The position numbers were made by a program, and so were the translations under genes. The notes under the pieces were generated by a model, which made no database searches, was not told the origin of the DNA, and worked only from the letters and a program-made list of their open reading frames with translations. Positions 55,986 through 64,000 of a stretch of DNA of 64,000 nt are shown piece after piece. The stretch is from Candidatus Ryanbacteria bacterium CG10_big_fil_rev_8_21_14_0_10_43_42 (lineage in GTDB: Bacteria; Patescibacteriota; Minisyncoccia; Ryanbacterales; 2-02-FULL-48-12). Location: the NCBI GenBank assembly GCA_002793915.1, contig PFEF01000003.1:18854-82853 (forward strand), read 5' to 3'. Numbering within the stretch: position 1 is the first letter of the stretch; every line of letters begins with the position of its first letter.

Positions 55986-57500
55986 TCACCGTTCCTCACC
56001 GCGCACTACGTCCATCGCCGTAAGACCACCTTCATCTTCGCAAACAACGACTGCATCTTTCTCTTTTGTGCCGGAAGATGAATCAGATATAACCACTTCC
56101 TCCACCCATGCATGCGTACCAAGATCCGCCCCTTCATTAAGAGAGCACCTATCAGCATTAAGTGCGGTGTATAATGTAAAAAATGTACAAAGACCGTTCT
56201 CACGGCATGCTATAGTTCCCGTTGTATCCGAAAATACCTGCGTTGTACGCACAAAAGACGTGCATCCCGCACAAGGAGCGGGTACGGACAGCACGGATCC
56301 ACCCGATACCGCCGTTTTAATATCCACCCGTGGCACCCCTGATCCGCCAAGGCGTTCAATAATATAATACCCGCGTCTTTGTAAATTTTCTCGATCCGGC
56401 TCAAGTACAACACCTGCCAAGTCCAGCGTTACCGCAATCTGCTCACTTACACCGGTAAGAGAAGCTGATTCATCCGCACATCGTATAGTGTAAACGGTGG
56501 GTACCGCATCAAGTGCTACCAATTCCCGTGCCGTATCCGAAGTTGTGTATACTTCTCTCATAGGAAGCAGTACATGTGCATGTCCGGAACCCGGCAAAGC
56601 GGAAAATACAAATGTCGTATCATTGAACGGTCGATAGGGAACGGGTATAAAATCGGGTGGAGGATTTTTTACTAAATTTGGTTCCGAAAGCCATGTATAT
56701 TCATCCTCAAAAGCCGAACGTGCGGTTAACAAGCACGAATCGGCAGACGATCGCCACTCGAGAGATGCAACCATTCCCGTAAACGAACTGCGACTCACTG
56801 TGCGCGTAAGGGTAAACGGCTCCCCCACATCATATGTGCGGATAATATGCTTTTGATCTGATGGTCCTCTATAAAGAAGCTTGGAAACAACGCGACCGGT
56901 TCGTATAGGCAAAGGTGCATCGCGCCCGTCCGGATCCATTCCGAACTCAAGCGGATGAGCGCGTTCATCCGTACGGTTATCCAATCCAAATGATTGGAGT
57001 ATGTAATTATTTCCCGTACATGATGTGTCCGTGCACCCGCATTTCCACTCTCCGCCAAACCAACTACATGCGTACACCGCCAGATAATTAACACCTTCCC
57101 TTATCATGTCTGCCGGAATGTCCCCCGCGGCGCGTCCTGTGATCCATTCCGAATCCTTATCGTCTTTTTCACCGGTAAGCGTAATTTCTTCCCATTCTTT
57201 CACATTCTCTTCATCTACTGATGCACGTTCCGTTAATATAAATGCCTTCTCCCACACGGCAACAGGCGTAGTGCTTTCACCCGCAATTATCACCTCTACC
57301 GTTTGGTCCGTATTACATAAAATGGTAATTAAAAGCTCCTGCACCTGTGAAAACATATGCACCACCGGCGCAAAATCTTCTTCCGTATCAAGGAAAGATG
57401 TTTTATGGTGGCAAGCCGCCGAAGATTGTGCGTTCGTAAAAGCGCCCCCCCATCCCATTACTACGCTCACCGCAAAAGCAAAAAAGAGCATATACTTCAT
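55986..57500 (-). CDS. secreted cysteine-rich hypothetical protein
   Basis: Signal peptide MKYMLFFAFAVSVVMGWGGAFTNA (start set at 57500). About 500 aa with many Cys (CSWFGGEWKCGCTDTSCTG). No known motif. Confidence 0.6.
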   Translation of the reverse strand: MKYMLFFAFAVSVVMGWGGAFTNAQSSAACHHKTSFLDTEEDFAPVVHMFSQVQELLITILCNTDQTVEVIIAGESTTPVAVWEKAFILTERASVDEENVKEWEEITLTGEKDDKDSEWITGRAAGDIPADMIREGVNYLAVYACSWFGGEWKCGCTDTSCTGNNYILQSFGLDNRTDERAHPLEFGMDPDGRDAPLPIRTGRVVSKLLYRGPSDQKHIIRTYDVGEPFTLTRTVSRSSFTGMVASLEWRSSADSCLLTARSAFEDEYTWLSEPNLVKNPPPDFIPVPYRPFNDTTFVFSALPGSGHAHVLLPMREVYTTSDTARELVALDAVPTVYTIRCADESASLTGVSEQIAVTLDLAGVVLEPDRENLQRRGYYIIERLGGSGVPRVDIKTAVSGGSVLSVPAPCAGCTSFVRTTQVFSDTTGTIACRENGLCTFFTLYTALNADRCSLNEGADLGTHAWVEEVVISDSSSGTKEKDAVVVCEDEGGLTAMDVVRGEER

Positions 57501-57592
57501 GTATATAGTATACGGTACGATCAAAAAATAATCACCTAATAAAATAACATACTCTATTTTATATTTGTCAATATTATGATATACTGTTTCGT

Positions 57593-58072
57593 ATGATTAC
57601 TCTTGCTGTAAATCGGAGAGCGCGATTCGACTTTGATATCCTGGAAACATTCGAAGCGGGATTGTCTTTGCATGGATATGAAGTAAAGTCTGTAAAAATG
57701 GGGCGTGCGAGTATTGGAGGAGCGCATGCCATTATTCGCGGCGAAGAAGCCTATATTATAGGCATGCAAATACCGCCCTACCAGCCGGATAATACCCCTG
57801 ATACATACGATCCGTCTCGTACGAAGAAGCTTATTCTAAAAAAAGCGGAAATTCGTTCTCTTATAGGAAAAATTATCCAAAAAGGCTTGACTTTAACCCC
57901 CATTCGAGTGTATACTAAGCGTGGTCTTGTAAAGATGGAGCTCGGTCTTGCACGCGGAAAAAAGAAAGAAGATAAACGCCAAAAAATCAAAGAACGAGAT
58001 GCGAAACGCAAAATTGAGCGGACTCTTAAAACAAGAATGCAGATAACAGGGGGACGTCGGGATTCGACGTAG
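57593..58072 (+). CDS. smpB: SsrA-binding protein SmpB
   Basis: 159 aa. Conserved RRARFDF..ETFEAG...GYEVKSVK...IPPY and a basic C-terminal tail. The stop (58070-58072) lies 23 nt inside the predicted tmRNA 5' end. Confidence 0.9.
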   Translation: MITLAVNRRARFDFDILETFEAGLSLHGYEVKSVKMGRASIGGAHAIIRGEEAYIIGMQIPPYQPDNTPDTYDPSRTKKLILKKAEIRSLIGKIIQKGLTLTPIRVYTKRGLVKMELGLARGKKKEDKRQKIKERDAKRKIERTLKTRMQITGGRRDST

Positions 58073-58415
58073 TATCCCGGTACATATACTAATCAGGCAG
58101 AGCGCAACCTCTTAAAACTACGAAATAGATAAGTGCAAACTTATTCAAAAAAGCGTTCGCACAGCCAGCAATGGCGTTGGCGTAACGCTTTCCGGGGTTC
58201 GATCTTGCTCTTTAGCAAGACATCCCGGACATCGATAAGATTCACGTCCGTACGATCTTATTTCGGTGTTATATCATCGGACTCGATGATTCCGACTGCT
58301 TGATACGAATCATGACATAAATCAGGCACCCCTTTTGTGCTTCGGCACAGAATAATACCTGTAACAGTTAGATATGTGCCCTCTACGGACGGGAGTTCAA
58401 CTCTCCCCGTCTCCA
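58050..58415 (+). ncRNA. ssrA: tmRNA (ssrA)
   Basis: 5' GGGGACGUCGGGAUUCGACG (tRNA-like acceptor/D). 3' GGACGGGAGUUCAACUCUCCCCGUCUCCA (T-arm plus acceptor pairing with the 5' end, discriminator A). Internal tag reading frame 58135-58185, GCAAAC...GCGTTGGCGTAA, encodes ANLFKKAFAQPAMALA followed by a stop. Confidence 0.85.
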
Positions 58416-58504
58416 CAAGTTTTGCCACCTTTTGCCAAGAGCAAAATAGTTGCAAAACTTAATACACTACACCCGCAAAGTTTAGTGTATACATTGTTTA
58501 AGTT

Positions 58505-59077
58505 TTGTTTCGTATTTCAGCGAAACGCCGTAATGTTTACAATAGTTATAGATTCAAACCTATCCAAAATCCTCGCATCAACAATCAAATACGCGTACCG
58601 GAAGTTCGTGTTGTGGGAAAAGATGGCGATAACCTTGGCGTTATGGAAACGGCAAAGGCGCTTATGCAAGCCCAGAGCGACGGACTCGATCTTATCGAGG
58701 TAGCCGCCAAGGCAAAACCGCCTGTTGTTCGTATTATGGATTATGGAAAGTACCAGTATCAGAAAGAAAAGGAGGCGCGCGATTCAGCGAAAAAACAAAA
58801 AAGCACCGAGGTAAAAGGCATACGCATCGGATTTAACGCATCCCGTCACGATATGGAGCTGAAAGCGAAAAAAGTAGAGGAATTTCTTGCCGAAGGAGAT
58901 AAGGTAAAAGTGGACTTCATCCTTAAGGGACGCGCAAAATACTTGGACAGAAACTTTATTCGAGAGCGATTTAACACCTTTTTAAGCTTTATAGCAACAC
59001 CTTACAAAACCGAAGGCGAACCGAAACGGGCGCCGCGAGGACTATCTCTTATCGTTGAGCCCGATAAAAAAGCATAA
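58505..59077 (+). CDS. infC: translation initiation factor IF-3
   Basis: Conserved RINNQIRVPEVRVV...DLIEVAAKAKPPVVRIMDYGKYQY...KGIRIGFN. The ORF-track start is TTG; the true start is probably a downstream non-AUG codon (in-frame ATT at 58514 or ATC at 58561). Confidence 0.85.
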   Translation: MFRISAKRRNVYNSYRFKPIQNPRINNQIRVPEVRVVGKDGDNLGVMETAKALMQAQSDGLDLIEVAAKAKPPVVRIMDYGKYQYQKEKEARDSAKKQKSTEVKGIRIGFNASRHDMELKAKKVEEFLAEGDKVKVDFILKGRAKYLDRNFIRERFNTFLSFIATPYKTEGEPKRAPRGLSLIVEPDKKA

Positions 59078-59105
59078 CGTACCGATACCAAAAAATAAAA
59101 CCATT

Positions 59106-59291
59106 ATGGCGAAAACAAATAAATCCATCACGAAACGACTAAAAGTTACCCGTACCGGCAAAGTTATGAGCCGTACGCCGGGACATAATCATTTTAATGC
59201 AAAGGCACGCCGCTCCAAACAATTGGATAAAAAAGGTCTTACCGAAATAAGTTTTGGGAAAGCAATTATTAAAAAGGGTATTAAAAATTAA
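59106..59291 (+). CDS. rpmI: 50S ribosomal protein L35
   Basis: MAKTNKSITKRLKVTRTGKVMSRTPGHNHFNAKARRSKQLDKKG. Start trimmed to the internal Met of the listed ORF. Confidence 0.85.
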   Translation: MAKTNKSITKRLKVTRTGKVMSRTPGHNHFNAKARRSKQLDKKGLTEISFGKAIIKKGIKN

Positions 59292-59296
59292 CCCGT

Positions 59297-59647
59297 ATGA
59301 CACGCGTAAAACGAGGAACAATAGCAAATAAACGCCGTCGCAACATCCTTAAGCAAACTAAGGGATTTCGTTGGGGTCGAAAATCAAAAGAACGCGCCGC
59401 GCGAGAGGCACTCCTGCATGCGGGACTACATGCTTTTCAAGATCGCCGCAAGAAGAAGCGGGTATTCCGCAAACTTTGGAACGTACAGGTTAATGCGGCC
59501 TCCCGTCTTGCCGGTACTACTTATTCAAAACTCATCGGCGGAATGAAAAAAGCAAATATCGCCCTTGATCGTAAAGTGCTTTCCCTTCTTGCTCAACATC
59601 ATGTATCGGCGTTTGAAGCCGTAGTAAAAAAAGCAGAAGGTAAATAA
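59297..59647 (+). CDS. rplT: 50S ribosomal protein L20
   Basis: MTRVKRGTIANKRRRNILKQTKGFRWGRK...RKKKRVFRKLW. 116 aa. Confidence 0.95.
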   Translation: MTRVKRGTIANKRRRNILKQTKGFRWGRKSKERAAREALLHAGLHAFQDRRKKKRVFRKLWNVQVNAASRLAGTTYSKLIGGMKKANIALDRKVLSLLAQHHVSAFEAVVKKAEGK

Positions 59648-59651
59648 AAAA

Positions 59652-59680
59652 AGCCGATAAGGATCCTTATCGGCTTTTTT
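59652..59680 (+). terminator. rho-independent terminator (AGCCGATAAGGA/TCCTTATCGGCT perfect palindrome + TTTTTT)
   Basis: 12-bp stem with T-run directly after the rplT stop. Confidence 0.65.
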
Positions 59681-59923
59681 GTTGCCATTCAAAGGATATA
59701 CTTACATGTTTGCTCTTGATTTTTTCCAATTACGTGGTATAGTACCGCCACGGTTTTCTAAGCATAAAACCCTTTATTTTTTCTGTACCGTGTCTTGCGA
59801 GCACTGCAATTTATTTGTAGTGCTCTCGTGGGGATGGTACCCAAATCAAAAATTCCGAAGGATGAGGCGATATTGCTGTAACGATAGCCCTTTGAAAACA
59901 TTTGTAATCCAAGGAGATTTTGA

Positions 59924-61288
59924 ATGGCAGAAGATCCCGTCACGTACATATATCTGATCGTTGTGTTGATTATCGGTCTCCGCTCACTGTACACGTTCGC
60001 AACATTCAGCAGTACTTTTTGGTGGCTCAAACGCCAACGCGTCAAAACTGTGGAAAATACAGATAAACATTTTGTTGTCGTGATCCCGGTGTTGCGCGAA
60101 CAACGGGTGCTTCGGGAAACTGTCGAGTGGTTTTTAAGTCTCGACTATCCACGCGATAAGCTCACCATTGCCATAGTTACAACAGAACAAGAGTACACGA
60201 CCAGAGCAGACGGACAGACAACCGTTGAGCTAGCGGCATTGCTTCATGATGAATACGGACATGCTGTCTGGCACATACACTATCCTGAAACGAGAGGAGA
60301 GAAAGTCCATCAACTAAATTATGCGATCAGCGTGATCTTGGAAGAAGACGCGCTGGCAGACAGTGAGATGTTCATTGCACTGTATGACGCAGATTCCAGA
60401 CCGCATCCGCAAACGTTAAAATGGGTGTCTACGTTATCAGTTGCCAATCGTCGTCAGCAGATTTTGCAGCAATCGGCCATTTTTCTGCAAAACTTCAGCG
60501 ACATGAAGTCAAGAAATGGTTTTATTGTTGCGAAGCTGTTGCAGGCGAACGCCATTCTGCAAACGCGATGGACGTTAGCGCATGAAATTCCCCGTATCCT
60601 TCGACAAGGTTACGCATTACGCAGGTGGAATCGACGATTGTTTCTGTCTCACTGTGTAGGACATGGTCTTTTTCTTCGGAAAGATGTCATGCGAGAGTTG
60701 CGGCGACTACCAACAGAAACATTGACCGAAGACCTCTTTATGGGATTCGTCTTGTCGCTCTTAAGAGAGCCGATTCAGCTTGTGCCTGTGTTTGAATCTG
60801 CCGACATGCCGTATTCTTTGAAATCTGCATTGTTGCAGAAATACGTATGGTTCTATGGCCCGATGGAGCACAGAACCTATGCGAGCGTTTTTCTGCAAAC
60901 CAATCCGGAAAGAGCGCCGAAGTGGCTAGTAAATTTGTTTGCCGTGAGGGGGTTAATACCCGCGGCAGCTTGGCTCACTTCAGGGTGGATGGTGCTCTTT
61001 GTGATTGGATTTACGGCATTTTCCGGAACAACAGGGACGATAATACTTTCAGCGAGTACGCTCATCGCGTATCTAAGCACCTTTGGGCTTACGATACAGC
61101 GGTATGCACTACTCAATGAGATCACTGGAAGACGTGAGGTAGTACGGACAGGAGAAGGGATATTGGTTTTTCTTTTCCTTATCCCGATTTTTGTTCTGCA
61201 TAGTTTGCCTCCGCTTCTATCGGTGACAACCAAGATCCGGTCACTCGTGACCAGCATCAGACCATTTAAACCCAAAACTGAGAGGTGA
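59924..61288 (+). CDS. processive family-2 glycosyltransferase (PgaC/IcaA-like synthase), membrane protein
   Basis: GT-A signature FVVVIPVLREQ, DAD (LYDADSRPHP), QTRW (QxxRW) in AILQTRWTLAHEI. N-terminal transmembrane helix and about 4 C-terminal transmembrane helices. AAGGAG SD 7 nt upstream. Confidence 0.75.
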   Translation: MAEDPVTYIYLIVVLIIGLRSLYTFATFSSTFWWLKRQRVKTVENTDKHFVVVIPVLREQRVLRETVEWFLSLDYPRDKLTIAIVTTEQEYTTRADGQTTVELAALLHDEYGHAVWHIHYPETRGEKVHQLNYAISVILEEDALADSEMFIALYDADSRPHPQTLKWVSTLSVANRRQQILQQSAIFLQNFSDMKSRNGFIVAKLLQANAILQTRWTLAHEIPRILRQGYALRRWNRRLFLSHCVGHGLFLRKDVMRELRRLPTETLTEDLFMGFVLSLLREPIQLVPVFESADMPYSLKSALLQKYVWFYGPMEHRTYASVFLQTNPERAPKWLVNLFAVRGLIPAAAWLTSGWMVLFVIGFTAFSGTTGTIILSASTLIAYLSTFGLTIQRYALLNEITGRREVVRTGEGILVFLFLIPIFVLHSLPPLLSVTTKIRSLVTSIRPFKPKTER

Positions 61289-61291
61289 CGG

Positions 61292-62284
61292 ATGGAAGAA
61301 CGACTGCATCGAACATTGAGAGAGGTGATGCTAAATCACAATAATGACTACGGGTTCGACGTACACGCGACGCTTCTTCAAAGCCCTGATGTTCCAAACC
61401 TTAGCATCGTCATTCCGTATTATGAGAGCAAGCACATCACCCTTGTAATACGCTACCTCTACACGGGGATAGTAAAGGTTCAGCAAGAACACCCCGAGTG
61501 GCAGTTTGAGGTTATCGTGATCGACGACGGATCGATGAATCGCGCGGATAGAATTTTTAACCCTCAAGAGTACCACAATCTTGCTGTGACAACGCTCCAA
61601 AGTAATCGCGGCAGAACCGAGGCTCGCAACGTAGGTTTGCGACAAGCTCGGTTTCCTGTGGTGCTGTTCATGGATGCTGATATTATCGTGAGCGATGACG
61701 TAATCCTTAACCATTTGAAGGTGCAGGTAGCCGAAGGGATTGCGGGGCGATGCATTACAGTGGGTTTTTTTGCCACTGTTGCGCCGGCCGACCCATTCCT
61801 TACTCAACCACTTACGAATAATGCGATACGGAGCAAGCTCAACGATTTCAGACTCTCCTGCGTATACCAGTCATCATGGATTGGTTGTGAGGAAGATAAA
61901 CAATTCATAGGAAGGATGTTTGAGATAGTTCGGGAGACTAACGGCTTTAGAAACTGGCCAATTGGCTCATTTTTTGGCCCGTGGATACTGTCGAATATGG
62001 TTCTCGGCGGATTCTTTATGGTAGACAGAGAAGCCGCGTTCGAGGTGAACGGCTTCGACCGTTCTTTTGTGGGCTACGGCTTCACGGAAACGAGTTTGCC
62101 GACCAAGCTCATTGCGCGATACAGTCATTACGTCGTGCCAGTTATCGAAGGTGTATGTCTGCACATCGACGACGAAAGTGAGTGGCCGTCCCGAAGTGAG
62201 AAAAATGCGCTGTTTCGGGAGAAGCACGCGCAATACTTCAACCGCTATCTTGAACTAACCTGTGAGGAGGCCATTCATGGATAG
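61292..62284 (+). CDS. family-2 glycosyltransferase (soluble GT-A type)
   Basis: LSIVIPYYES...VIVIDDGSMN...TEARNVGLRQA...LFMDADIIV. GAGAGGTGA SD upstream. Confidence 0.8.
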   Translation: MEERLHRTLREVMLNHNNDYGFDVHATLLQSPDVPNLSIVIPYYESKHITLVIRYLYTGIVKVQQEHPEWQFEVIVIDDGSMNRADRIFNPQEYHNLAVTTLQSNRGRTEARNVGLRQARFPVVLFMDADIIVSDDVILNHLKVQVAEGIAGRCITVGFFATVAPADPFLTQPLTNNAIRSKLNDFRLSCVYQSSWIGCEEDKQFIGRMFEIVRETNGFRNWPIGSFFGPWILSNMVLGGFFMVDREAAFEVNGFDRSFVGYGFTETSLPTKLIARYSHYVVPVIEGVCLHIDDESEWPSRSEKNALFREKHAQYFNRYLELTCEEAIHG

Positions 62285-62975
62285 ATTAAATCTTGTGTTC
62301 CACCAAATATTGGACATTGAAGAGAAGCGCAGATCAGTGTACGACATGGTCGAAGAATCGGCGATTAAGATCCTCGAAACCGTCTTAGTTTTGTTGCACG
62401 GTCGCGGAATCGCGCTACGCGTATTCCTCGATGATGGCTATAGCAGACAATTCGGTTTTGCGCGCGTGCTTCAAGAACGGCTCGGCTTGCTCGCCGTCAT
62501 AGGGATCGCCACGGATGATGTCGGCGTAAAAGGATACCTCACGCGGAATCAAGTTCACGTATTATCCTCAAGCGGACAACGTATTGCTTCGCATGGGGTA
62601 TCTCACGCGGCGCTTGGCAAGTATGACAATGATACGGTAATGGAAACACCATCGGGAGGAATATATCGCAATATGCCAAAAGGAAGGATTGAGCTTTTGT
62701 CCGAAGCGGAAGTGCGCTATCAGGTTGTTGAGTCGCACCGTGAATTACAACGGTACGGCGTGTCAGTATCGGATTTCATTTATCCGTATGGCGTATATAA
62801 TCGAACTATACGGAATATCGTTGAGAACTCGAATCTGTACACTACCGCACATACGTGCGACATAGTACTTGAAACGGAACATTCTGACCTATTTCTCATT
62901 CCTCGGCTAGTGATAGACAATTCCTTGCCGGCGGATCAGTGGATCGAAAAGATACGCACATTACTAGGGGGATAG
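62277..62975 (+). CDS. polysaccharide deacetylase (NodB homology / carbohydrate esterase family 4)
   Basis: FLDDGY (TFDDG motif 1), IASHGVSHAAL (H-S-x-x-H motif 2), YPYG region. Start set at MDRLN (62277) with GAGGAGG SD; the ORF-track start is 62262. Overlaps the previous gene by 8 nt. Confidence 0.75.
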   Translation: MDRLNLVFHQILDIEEKRRSVYDMVEESAIKILETVLVLLHGRGIALRVFLDDGYSRQFGFARVLQERLGLLAVIGIATDDVGVKGYLTRNQVHVLSSSGQRIASHGVSHAALGKYDNDTVMETPSGGIYRNMPKGRIELLSEAEVRYQVVESHRELQRYGVSVSDFIYPYGVYNRTIRNIVENSNLYTTAHTCDIVLETEHSDLFLIPRLVIDNSLPADQWIEKIRTLLGG

Positions 62976-63575
62976 ATGCATCAGGAAATCTTTACTATCG
63001 AAGGCATTGTACATGCAGGGAAAACGACTGTACTCGATAACGTGCGTAGGGCAGGTCTGGCCATTATATGCATTGACGAGTATACGAGATACCGAGGCAC
63101 AGAGCCGTTTCCAGAACATCCGACAACACTGGAAGAAGCGTTGCATGCAAACCAATTCTTTGTCGATTTGGACACTCGACGCTTTACTGACATTCATGAC
63201 ATGGCGAAAGCCGTGCTCTTGGATAGAAGTTGCCTTTCCGTTCTTGCGTATCACTATGCGACGGAGGGGATCACACACGGAGAGATTGCCTGCTTCGAAC
63301 CAAGCGTTCGTCTCTATCGAGAGCACTTTCCGCAGTATATTCCGCATGCAATGCTATACCTCGAAATTACCCTTAGTGAGCTAACCAGACGCCATGAAGG
63401 AGATACTACTGTATATAAATCTGTTCTTTTGGAGGAGGAATTCAACCGACATCTCACATATTTCTATGAAAATGCACAGCTCTTTTTCCCAGAGCTGGAA
63501 GTGCATAGGATAGATGGTACATTGCCAGCGGGAGAGATACTACAAGCAGTAATTAGGATTTTAGGTTTCGCCTAA
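62976..63575 (+). CDS. P-loop nucleoside/nucleotide kinase-like protein (dNK/dTMP-kinase fold)
   Basis: Walker A IEGIVHAGKTTVL, LID-like DRSCLSVLAYHYA resembling deoxynucleoside/thymidylate kinases. 199 aa. Confidence 0.5.
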   Translation: MHQEIFTIEGIVHAGKTTVLDNVRRAGLAIICIDEYTRYRGTEPFPEHPTTLEEALHANQFFVDLDTRRFTDIHDMAKAVLLDRSCLSVLAYHYATEGITHGEIACFEPSVRLYREHFPQYIPHAMLYLEITLSELTRRHEGDTTVYKSVLLEEEFNRHLTYFYENAQLFFPELEVHRIDGTLPAGEILQAVIRILGFA

Positions 63576-63581
63576 AAATGG

Positions 63582-63616
63582 GGGCAGCATTCCAACAATG
63601 GAACGCTGCCCTTTTT
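63582..63616 (+). terminator. rho-independent terminator (GGCAGCATTCCA-acaa-TGGAACGCTGCC, 1 mismatch, + CTTTTTC)
   Basis: 12-bp stem followed by a T-run after the kinase gene stop. Confidence 0.5.
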
Positions 63617-63617
63617 C

Positions 63618-64000
63618 ATGTTTGCGTGCAGTTCTGTTATGATGAGTGCAATGCTACATAGTCATAAAACCATATTTTTTGATTGGAATAAGACCCTGTC
63701 CCATTCACAATTCTGGGAACATCTTGAAGATCCCGACCATCCCAACAGCCGTGAAGGTGCGGTGATTTCCAATTTTCTTTTCAATGAGAACCGCGAACTC
63801 TTAAACCCGTGGATGCGGGGAGAAATGAGTACTGATGATGTCCTCATCAAGATCTCTGAAAAAACGGGTATCTCTTTTCAATTCATACGCCAAGAATTAG
63901 AGCACAGTTGTCGCAACATGCGCCTTGTGGCGGACGAAATAGTCGATCTTATACAAAAAGTACGAAGCGCGGGTATTCAATGCGTCATTGCAACCGACAA
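63618..64000 (+). CDS. HAD-like hydrolase (partial, runs off the window end)
   Basis: Open frame from ATG 63618 to the window end, not in the ORF track because unterminated. IFFDWNKTLS resembles HAD motif I (hhhFDxDGTL), with N replacing the second Asp. Confidence 0.35.
   Translation, partial: MFACSSVMMSAMLHSHKTIFFDWNKTLSHSQFWEHLEDPDHPNSREGAVISNFLFNENRELLNPWMRGEMSTDDVLIKISEKTGISFQFIRQELEHSCRNMRLVADEIVDLIQKVRSAGIQCVIATD

Noticed and set aside
58258-58703. ORFs of 65 aa (-) and 109 aa (+) across the tmRNA 3' half and infC leader
   Set aside because: They lie inside a clearly folded tmRNA (T-arm/acceptor) and the non-AUG infC start region.

Overview
This 64 kb window reads as a densely packed chromosomal segment of a small-genome bacterium; most core genes have no Shine-Dalgarno (SD) sequence, but a subset of genes carry a strong AAGGAGG-type SD. 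A CPR/Patescibacteria-like origin is an inference only. The core content is informational and housekeeping genes: recG, ftsH, dprA-topA-rel, parAB, folD-glyA, tsaC, smpB-ssrA(tmRNA)-infC-rpmI-rplT, recO and six aminoacyl-tRNA synthetases (leuS, metG, glyQS, ileS, argS). There are five tRNAs, two of them with atypical anticodons (Arg-GCG and Ile-UAU). The window opens inside an IS3-family insertion sequence that sits next to a rearranged tRNA-Ser locus containing an 83-bp duplication, a hairpin and a pseudo-tRNA. An accessory islet lies downstream of tRNA-Leu: a nucleotidyltransferase + PHP phosphoesterase pair, then a Dcm-type C5-methyltransferase / putative restriction endonuclease / Vsr cassette bracketed by GC-rich imperfect direct repeats. 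A three-gene cluster (ATP-grasp ligase, cold-shock-domain fusion protein, unknown protein) has no assignable function. A 1411-aa acidic giant protein is also present. IleRS carries an inserted histidine-phosphatase (PGAM-like) domain. Two small SD-bearing gene modules each have their own terminator. There are three processive QxxRW family-2 glycosyltransferases, one of them heading a putative PNAG-like exopolysaccharide cluster (GT2, GT2, CE4 deacetylase, P-loop kinase, HAD-like) at the 3' end of the window. No rRNA, CRISPR array or prophage structural genes were seen.
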